A stretch of 64,000 nucleotides of DNA, from assembly GCA_029260905.1 (NCBI GenBank), contig JAJDCH010000002.1, positions 15,546 to 79,545 on the forward strand, given 5' to 3'. The stretch is from Candidatus Levyibacteriota bacterium. GTDB lineage: Bacteria; Patescibacteriota; Microgenomatia; Levybacterales; UBA12049. Every line of letters begins with the position of its first letter. The first letter of the stretch is position 1. A program made the position numbers and the translations under genes. The notes beneath the pieces were generated by a model, which saw nothing but the letters and a program-made list of their open reading frames with translations, searched no databases and was not told where the DNA came from. Below are positions 8,556 to 16,995 of the stretch, piece by piece.

Positions 8556-11500
8556 ATGTTTGGGAAATTATTTGATCAAAAAAAAGAAGATGATCAAAAT
8601 GCTGCTGCCCCCCAACAGGGACAGGCTACTCAGTATTTTGATCAGCCACCTCCTGGTCAGCAACAGGTAGCACCGAATCAACCGGCTCAGCAAGTAGTTG
8701 CTCAACAGCCAGTAGCACCGACGCCTACTCCTCAAGCTAGTCCTGCAGATAACGCTGCTTCTCCAATTCAGAGTCAGGTTTCACCTCCTGTTGATGGAGC
8801 AACTTCAGCACAGCAGCAAGAACCTATACAGCCAGACACCTCTGCTGCACTTACTCATCTTGACCCTTTAGCAACTCAGGTTTTGACACGAGCGCAGGAA
8901 GAAACAAAAAGAATAAATCAACAGTTTATTGAACCCGAACAGATTTTACTTGCGATAATAAATGATCAGCAGACATATAAGCTTTTGGATGAGTTTAAGA
9001 TTGACGGAGGAGCTCTTTCAAAAGAAATTCAGTCAAAAGAGACAATGGGCGTTTTTAAGTCTCAGCCAACCCTTAGTCCTGTCTCGCAGAAGATTTTTGA
9101 TGCATCTTACAAAGATGCAAAGAATAGAGGCTCCAACTTTGTCACTCCTCAGGATATTTTTATACAGCTTTTATCCAAAGATTATCCTGTTTCAAATTAT
9201 CTAACAAGCAAAGGGCTTATGAAAGAAGCAGTAATTGAAAAGATGGCAAAAAACGCTGATCTTAATTATTCACATAAAACTATTCTTGAAACATATGCAA
9301 CAGACCTAACAGAGGAAGCGCGAACAGGCAAGCTTGATCCTGTTGCAGGACGTGAAAAAGAAGTTGATAGGATTGTTCATATTTTACTTCGAAGAACTAA
9401 AAATAACCCGATTATAATAGGAGAAACTGGAGTTGGAAAAACAGCAATAGTTGAGGGGCTTGCCCAGCAAATCGCAGCTGGTCAGGTTCCAAAAGATTTA
9501 CAAAATAAAAGAGTTTTTCAGCTTGATGTCTCATCTCTTATTGCAGGAGCCTCCCACAGGGGTGAATTTGAAGAAAGACTGCGTGGTGTTGTGAATGAAG
9601 TAATGGGATCCAATAATACAATTATTCTTTTTATTGATGAAATCCACAGTCTCTTAGGAACTGGTGATGGTGAAGGAATGAGTGCAGCAAACATCATAAA
9701 ACCACACCTTGCTCGTGGTCATTTGCAAATGATCGGTGCCACGACAACTATTGAATATAGAAAAAATTTTGCGAAAGACAAGGCGTTTGAGAGACGATTT
9801 CAGCCAGTTACTGCTGAGGAGCCATCTGAGGAAAATGCAGTCGAGATGCTTAAGGTTTTGAGACAAAAATATGAGAAGTTTCATAAGGTAGAAGTTTCTG
9901 ATGATACTTTGGTTGAGTGTGTGAAGCTCTCAAAGAAATATATTGGTGAACGTTATCTACCTGACAAGGCAGTTGATCTTTTGGATGAAGCATGTTCTGA
10001 GGTAAAATTGCAGATAGATGCAGGAAAGAGAAAAGAAGCTCAAGTAAGAAAAGGAGACATAGAAAAAGTTGTCAGTATTTGGACTGGTATTCCTATTACC
10101 AAATTAACAGAAGATGAAAGTCAAAAGCTTCTTAAGCTTGAAGATAGAATTCATAAGAGACTGATTGATCAGGAGCAGGCAGTTGTTGCTGTTGCTGAAG
10201 CGGTAAGGCGTGGAAGAATAGGTCTTGCTGCTGCAAATAGACCAATTGCATCCTTTATATTCCTTGGCCCAACAGGCACGGGTAAGACGGAACTTGCAAA
10301 GACTTTGGCGGAGCTTCTTTTTGGAAGAGATGACGCGATGGCAAGGCTTGACATGTCTGAGTATATGGAGAAGCATGAGGTTGCTAAGCTAATTGGCGCG
10401 CCACCAGGATATGTTGGTTATGAAGAGGGTGGTCAGCTCACAGAAGCAGTTCGCAAGAAGCCTTATTCAATCGTTCTTCTTGACGAGATCGAAAAAGCGC
10501 ATCCTGATGTTTTTAATATACTTTTACAGCTTCTTGAAGATGGAAGACTTACAGATAATAAAGGAAATACAATTTCTTTTAAGAATACAATTGTTATTTG
10601 TACGTCCAATATTGGTAGTAGCTTGATTCAGCAGAAATTAAATGAGCATGATTCAAAGACAGCAAAGACCAAGGAAGAATCAGAAAAACTATTCGAAGAA
10701 TTAACAGCTCTTGCAAAAGAAGAATTGGTCAAATTTTTCAGGCCTGAGCTTTTGAACAGATTTGATGAGACAGTTATTTTCAGGCCTCTTCTGCTTGAGC
10801 ATATGGCCGGCATCACAAGACTTGGTATTAAGAAAACAGCAGGTCTTTTGAAGGAGCAGGGATATAATCTTCAGATTACAGAAAAAGCAATTGCGCAACT
10901 TGCAAAAGATGGTTACGATCCTGTTTATGGGGCAAGACCTCTGAGAAGGCTTATTCAAACAGCGATTGAAAATCCTGTGGCGCTTGAGATTATATCCAAA
11001 AGATTTACACCTGGAGATACAATCTTAATTGATTATGATTCTGAGAAAAATACATTCGTGTTTACAAAAGGTGAGCAGAGCAAGGTATTTAATTCTGAAA
11101 ACATTAAAAAGACTTTGATGGGTGTTTTGCATCCTGAAACAGCCAGCGAAGATGATAAGGAAAAGCTGAAAATCCTGCATGATAAGGTCGAAGAAGCAGC
11201 CAAAAACGGTAATGAGCTAGCAGCAAGGATAATGGCTATGTCTGATGCAACAACAGCTGAAGAGACTCAAAAGATAATGGATGATTTGAAGGTTGCGCGA
11301 GAGAAAGAGGATCCTGTTTCTGCAGATATTTTAGCCTACGTTAATGCTGTTCTTTCAGCGCAAGCAACAGTAGAGCAGGAAGCTGATCCGATGTTTATAT
11401 TCAAGAAAAAGCTTCAGCAAATAGCAAATCCTTTGTATACAGCTGATGAAAAAGATAAAGAAAAATTTAATCATCTAAATGATATGCTTACAAAAGCTAG

Positions 11501-12059
11501 TCAGGAAAACAACGAATGGGCAAAAACTATACTGGCTTTAACAGATCAGACATCTGATACAGATATAGAAAAAATAAAAACAGATCTTGAAAAAGCAAAG
11601 GCAAATGGAGATCAGTTGGCAATCAACGTCCTGCAGGCGATATCTGATTCTGAGACAGCTGAGGTGGCTGGGTCCAGTCAAGAAGAAACTACCAAAGAAC
11701 CAGTTGCTGGCGCAGAAGATAAAAAAGCTGAGGGGGTACCACCTGTTCCAGTATCAGTGGCTGATCAGCCAAAAGAAGTGGTAAAGCCCGCTGTTGATTC
11801 ATCAAAAGGTGCGCCGTTTGGTTTGGCAAACGCGCCAAGTGCGCCTGACACAAGTCATATTACACCAGTTGAGTCCGTTGTTGCAGATCAGCCCGTTGTA
11901 GTTGCAGGAAATCCTGCGCCAGTTGAACCAACACCTCCTGCATCAGGAGGAGCGACCCTATCACAAAGTGCTGGAATGACAGCTTTGAATGAGCACTTAG
12001 AAAAAGAAAACAACATCATTTCTACCTCAGTCGAATCCGATGGTGAGAATATTTCCTAA
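8556..12059 (+). CDS. Clp/Hsp100 two-ring AAA+ ATPase with a Q/P-rich N-extension and an unusual C-terminal repeat domain
   Basis: Clp_N-like region. D1 GETGVGKT/LFIDE/FERRF; D2 GPTGTGKT/GYVG/LLDE/GARPLRR. No M-domain, no IGF loop, ~330-aa C-extension. Confidence 0.9.
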   Translation: MFGKLFDQKKEDDQNAAAPQQGQATQYFDQPPPGQQQVAPNQPAQQVVAQQPVAPTPTPQASPADNAASPIQSQVSPPVDGATSAQQQEPIQPDTSAALTHLDPLATQVLTRAQEETKRINQQFIEPEQILLAIINDQQTYKLLDEFKIDGGALSKEIQSKETMGVFKSQPTLSPVSQKIFDASYKDAKNRGSNFVTPQDIFIQLLSKDYPVSNYLTSKGLMKEAVIEKMAKNADLNYSHKTILETYATDLTEEARTGKLDPVAGREKEVDRIVHILLRRTKNNPIIIGETGVGKTAIVEGLAQQIAAGQVPKDLQNKRVFQLDVSSLIAGASHRGEFEERLRGVVNEVMGSNNTIILFIDEIHSLLGTGDGEGMSAANIIKPHLARGHLQMIGATTTIEYRKNFAKDKAFERRFQPVTAEEPSEENAVEMLKVLRQKYEKFHKVEVSDDTLVECVKLSKKYIGERYLPDKAVDLLDEACSEVKLQIDAGKRKEAQVRKGDIEKVVSIWTGIPITKLTEDESQKLLKLEDRIHKRLIDQEQAVVAVAEAVRRGRIGLAAANRPIASFIFLGPTGTGKTELAKTLAELLFGRDDAMARLDMSEYMEKHEVAKLIGAPPGYVGYEEGGQLTEAVRKKPYSIVLLDEIEKAHPDVFNILLQLLEDGRLTDNKGNTISFKNTIVICTSNIGSSLIQQKLNEHDSKTAKTKEESEKLFEELTALAKEELVKFFRPELLNRFDETVIFRPLLLEHMAGITRLGIKKTAGLLKEQGYNLQITEKAIAQLAKDGYDPVYGARPLRRLIQTAIENPVALEIISKRFTPGDTILIDYDSEKNTFVFTKGEQSKVFNSENIKKTLMGVLHPETASEDDKEKLKILHDKVEEAAKNGNELAARIMAMSDATTAEETQKIMDDLKVAREKEDPVSADILAYVNAVLSAQATVEQEADPMFIFKKKLQQIANPLYTADEKDKEKFNHLNDMLTKASQENNEWAKTILALTDQTSDTDIEKIKTDLEKAKANGDQLAINVLQAISDSETAEVAGSSQEETTKEPVAGAEDKKAEGVPPVPVSVADQPKEVVKPAVDSSKGAPFGLANAPSAPDTSHITPVESVVADQPVVVAGNPAPVEPTPPASGGATLSQSAGMTALNEHLEKENNIISTSVESDGENIS

Positions 12060-12114
12060 ATTTGGGATTTGGTTATTTCATTTGTAATTTCTGCGTATTC
12101 TCCATATACTAAAT

Positions 12115-12450
12115 GTGAGCATGAATTCTTATCTGTCTATTCCACTTATTATTTTGAAGTTTTGGTATTTTGAGGCGCCAAGGGGAATTCTTGGTTATTT
12201 TGGATCGCTTAATAAAGCTTTTTTTGATTTCTTTTCACTACCTCTTTTTCTTAAGACCTATTTTAAGCCCCTGAAAAATGAATACAGACAAGGCTTGGTT
12301 GGTTTCTCAAGAGCAATGGGAATTATCATAAAGACAGGCTTTATTGTGATTGATCTGATAATCTTAGCCACTCTTTTAGTATTTGAGATAGGAGTAATTG
12401 TCGGATTTTTGGCATTTCCGATTCTTACTTTTTGGATGTTGTTTGTTTGA
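12115..12450 (+). CDS. small membrane protein, hypothetical
   Basis: 111 aa with an aromatic amphipathic N-half and a long hydrophobic C-terminus. Ends 9 nt before the next Clp gene. The start could be ATG 12121. Confidence 0.75.
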   Translation: MSMNSYLSIPLIILKFWYFEAPRGILGYFGSLNKAFFDFFSLPLFLKTYFKPLKNEYRQGLVGFSRAMGIIIKTGFIVIDLIILATLLVFEIGVIVGFLAFPILTFWMLFV

Positions 12451-12459
12451 AAAGAAAAT

Positions 12460-14868
12460 ATGTTTTTTTACGCACGAATTTATCATTTTTACAGGCGAGC
12501 TTTATTAAGAGCCATACGCCTTTTTGTTTTTGCTGTTTTGCTTCTTATTATTTGGCCAAGTGTAGAGGCAGGAGGCTTGCCGAAAATTCCACTTTTCTTG
12601 TTTAATCTTTTTGTTATTTGGGAGATATTTTTTCATTTTAAGATTGGGCGTGTGATGCCTAGTTTAACAATTGAAAAGAATCAAAAAAAAGATCCTTATT
12701 TATCTTTTACACTCCAGGCAATTCTTCCATTTGTAGAGGAAGTAAAGACAGGAAATATTATAAGAAAAATTGTTAAGTACCCGCAAATTAAAGCCATAAT
12801 GCAAAAAGCAGACATAGAAGACAAAGACTTGAATTTTCCAGATGTGCCAGTTGATCTTTTGGCGCAATCCGCTTTTGAAACAGCACGTACGTTCAGGGCA
12901 AAATATGTGACATCTATTGATCTTTTTGCAGCATACATTTTTCTTATAGAGAAAGACACCGAGCTTCTTTTTGCCAAACAATTAAAGATAGATGATCTAA
13001 ATAATATTGTACGTTGGGCAAAGATAGAGTATCCAGATGAAGAAGAGCCCAAGAAAATAAGGACAGGGTCGTTGGGTGAGGGAATAGGAGAAGTATTAAC
13101 AACTGGATGGACTTATGAAACCAAAAAATATACAGTATCATTTTCATCTATTGCTCTTGGCAATAAACCTTTGATACTTGGGAGAGAGGCTGAATTTCGA
13201 CAATTAATTGAGACACTTATAAAAATAGAAAATAATAATGTGCTGCTGGTTGGAAATATAGGTGCGGGAAAGGAGAATTTGGTGCGGGCATTTTCTTATT
13301 ATTCTTTTACGGGTGAGCTTGGAGGGCTTCTCAATTACAAAAAAGTACTTCAACTTCTTACTGGTGCATTGACAGCTGGCGCATCACAAAGAGGAGATCT
13401 TGAAGTACGACTCCAAGAAATAATTGCTGAGATATCACATGCTGAGAATGTGCTTATTTATATACCTGATATTGAAAATATACTTGGTGGCGCGTCCTAC
13501 AACCTTGATTTATCAGGGGCACTGCTTCCTTATCTCAAGACAGGCAATCTGCCGGTTGTGGCAACTATGACAACTGGTGCTTACAAAACCTACATGGAGA
13601 AAAATCCGATTAAGGAGGCTTTTACTGTTATAAGTCTTTCAGATCCAGGCCCTGATGTTGCAACACAAATGGTACTTAGTGAGGCAAAAAAGATTGAGAA
13701 AAAATACAATGCCATCATTACATATGGTGCTGTTAAATCTTCTGTTGAGTTAGCCGGGAGATTTCTTCAGGATCAGGTACTTCCGGGTAGTGCTGTATCA
13801 CTTCTTGAGACAGTTGCAAATAAAGTTGCGCTTGATAAAAACGTTGTTTATTTTGAGCATACCAAGAAAAAAGCAGTTCTCAAGGATCATGTGGTTAGTG
13901 AGGTGGAGACTGAGGCGCATGTGGCAATCGGCACACCAAGCGATCAGGAGATAGAGCTACTTTTACATCTTGAGGAGAGGCTTCATGCGCGGGTTATCCA
14001 TCAGGATGAGGCCATCACTGCCATATCTGAGGCGATGAGAAGAGTCAGATCGGGAATGAGTACTAGCGAGAGGCCTGTCTCATTTTTGTTTCTTGGCCCA
14101 ACTGGTGTGGGCAAGACTGAGACAGCCAAGGCTCTTGCTGATTTTTATTTTGGTGGTGTCAAAAATATGATCAGGCTTGATATGAGTGAGTACTCAGATG
14201 ATGCGGGAGTAAGGCGTCTTCTTGGAGCGCTTCCAGGTGAGGGACAGGAAAGAGGAGAGCTGACTGATAAGATTCATGATAATCCAGCAAGCCTTGTTCT
14301 TCTTGATGAGTTTGAAAAAGCAAATCCCAAGATTCATAATTTATTTCTCCAGGTTTTGGATGATGGACGATTAACTGATAATAAAGGTGTGACTGTAAGT
14401 TTCCGTAACGCCATAATCATCGCCACATCCAATGCAGGATCTGAATTTATTCGTGAAGAAGTGGGAAAAGGTGTGGCAGTTGATAAAAGTTTTCAAAGAA
14501 ATCTGCTCGAGCATCTTCAGACTAATAGGCTTTTTAAGCCTGAACTTCTTAATCGATTTGATGATGTAGTTACCTTTAAACCACTTGCCAATGAAGACGT
14601 AATTCAAGTTGTAAAATTAATGCTTGGCAACTTGATTAAAACAATGGCTGAACAAGATATAGTCCTCGCCTTTGATGATGCTGTTATTGAGAAGATTAGC
14701 AAAGAAGGTTTTGACGCGCAGTTTGGGGCTAGGCCACTGAAGCGTTATATTCAGGATAATCTTGAGGACATAATTGCCCAGAAAAAACTTACAAAAGAAC
14801 TGGATAGAGGCAAGAGAGCTTCTTTCTCAATTGATGGAACAGGCGCGCTGACTGTAACCATTTCGTAA
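12460..14868 (+). CDS. membrane-anchored Clp-family AAA+ ATPase with degenerate D1
   Basis: Two N-terminal hydrophobic segments. D1 is degenerate (GNIGAGKE, LIYIPD). D2 is intact (GPTGVGKT, LLDEFEKA, GARPLKR). Confidence 0.88.
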   Translation: MFFYARIYHFYRRALLRAIRLFVFAVLLLIIWPSVEAGGLPKIPLFLFNLFVIWEIFFHFKIGRVMPSLTIEKNQKKDPYLSFTLQAILPFVEEVKTGNIIRKIVKYPQIKAIMQKADIEDKDLNFPDVPVDLLAQSAFETARTFRAKYVTSIDLFAAYIFLIEKDTELLFAKQLKIDDLNNIVRWAKIEYPDEEEPKKIRTGSLGEGIGEVLTTGWTYETKKYTVSFSSIALGNKPLILGREAEFRQLIETLIKIENNNVLLVGNIGAGKENLVRAFSYYSFTGELGGLLNYKKVLQLLTGALTAGASQRGDLEVRLQEIIAEISHAENVLIYIPDIENILGGASYNLDLSGALLPYLKTGNLPVVATMTTGAYKTYMEKNPIKEAFTVISLSDPGPDVATQMVLSEAKKIEKKYNAIITYGAVKSSVELAGRFLQDQVLPGSAVSLLETVANKVALDKNVVYFEHTKKKAVLKDHVVSEVETEAHVAIGTPSDQEIELLLHLEERLHARVIHQDEAITAISEAMRRVRSGMSTSERPVSFLFLGPTGVGKTETAKALADFYFGGVKNMIRLDMSEYSDDAGVRRLLGALPGEGQERGELTDKIHDNPASLVLLDEFEKANPKIHNLFLQVLDDGRLTDNKGVTVSFRNAIIIATSNAGSEFIREEVGKGVAVDKSFQRNLLEHLQTNRLFKPELLNRFDDVVTFKPLANEDVIQVVKLMLGNLIKTMAEQDIVLAFDDAVIEKISKEGFDAQFGARPLKRYIQDNLEDIIAQKKLTKELDRGKRASFSIDGTGALTVTIS

Positions 14869-14952
14869 TTAAATTATATCTGCGGGATTTTTTGGAGGCA
14901 AGGTAAATATAAGAGATCATCACACCCATAAGTTCGATTTGGATGAGAAGCA

Positions 14953-15447
14953 TTACTCATTTTTTGTCACTCTTGCTAGTCCTTCTACTTTAATGTCCTG
15001 ACCTGCTATATCTTGAAATACTTCTTCAGTTAATGATCTCGCCCGGGTAGTTGGAAATTCTTTATTTTTATTTAATATTTCAAAAGGAATACCGTTAATA
15101 ACAATGACCTTAGAAAGACCTTCGTAAAGCAAACGTTCTGAATCTGATGGTCTCCCCAGTGTTCCCGCATCTTCAATTCTGATTAAGCCTGCTTCAGGGA
15201 TTTTTAATTTGCCTCTAGAGACTGCTAATTTAATTTTTCTATCACTCTCAGCAGCTAGGTCTACAAATGAAACTCCCAAAGGGCTTGTGTATGTCACATG
15301 ACTAAGAGTTCTTTCCTGAACCCCCCCCAAGTAATTTCTTCCTGATGCGTCGATAATTTCTGTTCTGACAAACATCAAGGTTCTTGGCTGTGTTCCCCTC
15401 GTTATCCCCTTTACAATATCCCTTGTTAGAAGTTCTGCTCGTACCAT
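14953..15447 (-). CDS. hypothetical protein
   Basis: 164-aa ORF filling the intergenic space; TTGACT-16-TATAAT upstream on the minus strand. Confidence 0.6.
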   Translation of the reverse strand: MVRAELLTRDIVKGITRGTQPRTLMFVRTEIIDASGRNYLGGVQERTLSHVTYTSPLGVSFVDLAAESDRKIKLAVSRGKLKIPEAGLIRIEDAGTLGRPSDSERLLYEGLSKVIVINGIPFEILNKNKEFPTTRARSLTEEVFQDIAGQDIKVEGLARVTKNE

Positions 15448-15487
15448 AGTGTCCTATATTATATTATTCATAATATGAAAGTCAATA

Positions 15488-15516
15488 TTGTCACTTCGGG
15501 CTTAATTTGCTATACT
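15488..15516 (+). promoter_or_regulatory. sigma70 promoter of nusA-infB
   Basis: TTGTCA, 17 nt, TGc-TATACT. Confidence 0.6.
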
Positions 15517-15603
15517 TCACTTACGAACGTATGCAAGTGGAAATGAAAAATTATTTCCAGAATCCCAGTGATTCAAATATAATTAGCAGAAATTCGTTAT
15601 ATT

Positions 15604-16968
15604 ATGCCGGCAATACAAAGATCAGAATTCGCACTAGCTCTAAATCAAGTTGCTTCAGAACGAGGAGTTGACGTAGAGGTTGTCCTTGAGACAGTCCGAA
15701 ACGCTATCCTTGCTGCCTATCGTAAAGATCATCCAGGAGCAGAAATAGAAGAATTTACAGCAGAACTTGATCCCAATTCAGGGGAGGCTCACATCCTCAA
15801 AGAAGGAAAAGATGTGACACCTCCAGGTTTTGGAAGAATTGCAGCGCAAACTGCCAAGCAGGTTATACTTCAAAAGATCCGCGAGAAAGAGAAGGAAGCA
15901 ATCCTTACTGATTTCAGAGATAAAGTTGGAACAGTAATTAACGGTATGGTTCTCAGGTTTGCAGGACCAAACGTGATTGTTGATGTTGGAAAGACTGAGG
16001 CTCTTATGCCTCCTGGTGAGCAGATGCCTCAGGAAAAATACCATCTTAACCAAAGGCTTTCTTTTTATATGCTTGAGATTCGAGACGGGATGAAGGGTGA
16101 AGAGATAATTGTATCCCGTTCATCAAATGGACTGGTTGAAGGACTTTTCAAAAGAGAAGTTCCTGAAATCGCACAAGGATCAGTTGAGGTAAAGCAAATT
16201 GTCAGAGAGCCGGGAAACAGGACAAAGATTGCTGTTTTCTCAACGCAACCTGGAATTGATCCTGTTGGTTCATGTGTAGGACAAAAAGGTGTCAGAGTGC
16301 AAGCTATTATTCAGGAGCTTGGCGGAATTGAAAAGGTAGATATAATTCAGTGGTCAGATGATATAAAGACTTATATTGCACAAGCTTTATCTCCTGCCAA
16401 AAATGTAACACTTGAGATTGATGAGAAAGAAAAAGTAGCTCATGCTAAAGTACCACAAGAGGAACTGTCCTTAGCAATTGGAAAAGATGGACAAAACGTC
16501 AGGCTTGCTCACAAACTGACAGGTTACAGGATTGAGATAGAGGGAATTGGTGAGCCACCAGCTCCGGTTGAGGAAAAGGTCGAAAAAGTTGAAGAAGTTG
16601 TTGAGGCAGAAGAAAAACCAGCTGAAGAGGTGTCAGTTGATTCAAAAGATGACGCAGCAGCATCAAGCGAGCCAGTTGTAGAAGTATCCGATGATTCATC
16701 TGATGAGAAAAAGCCTGAAGCTGAAGCCGAAGCAGTTGGCAATCCTGATGAAAAGCAGGCAGATTCTTCACAAGCTCAGGAAGTAACTATAGAAGAAGCA
16801 GAAGAGAAAGAATCGGCTGAGAGTGATGAGTCACCTGCTGATGAGAAAAGTAAAACCCCTACCAAAGAAACTGCAAATGCTGTAGAAGATGAGGATTCAA
16901 AAGATTCTGAAGCTAGAGACACAAATTCAGAAAATGAAAAACCGTCAGAAGATAGCAGTAAAGAATAA
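15604..16968 (+). CDS. nusA: transcription factor NusA with a long acidic tail
   Basis: FGRIAAQTAKQVILQKIRE, S1/KH domains, REPGNRTKIAV, LAIGKDGQNVRLA. Confidence 0.96.
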   Translation: MPAIQRSEFALALNQVASERGVDVEVVLETVRNAILAAYRKDHPGAEIEEFTAELDPNSGEAHILKEGKDVTPPGFGRIAAQTAKQVILQKIREKEKEAILTDFRDKVGTVINGMVLRFAGPNVIVDVGKTEALMPPGEQMPQEKYHLNQRLSFYMLEIRDGMKGEEIIVSRSSNGLVEGLFKREVPEIAQGSVEVKQIVREPGNRTKIAVFSTQPGIDPVGSCVGQKGVRVQAIIQELGGIEKVDIIQWSDDIKTYIAQALSPAKNVTLEIDEKEKVAHAKVPQEELSLAIGKDGQNVRLAHKLTGYRIEIEGIGEPPAPVEEKVEKVEEVVEAEEKPAEEVSVDSKDDAAASSEPVVEVSDDSSDEKKPEAEAEAVGNPDEKQADSSQAQEVTIEEAEEKESAESDESPADEKSKTPTKETANAVEDEDSKDSEARDTNSENEKPSEDSSKE

Positions 16969-16995
16969 TATGAGAGGTATTATTCAACAATCATT

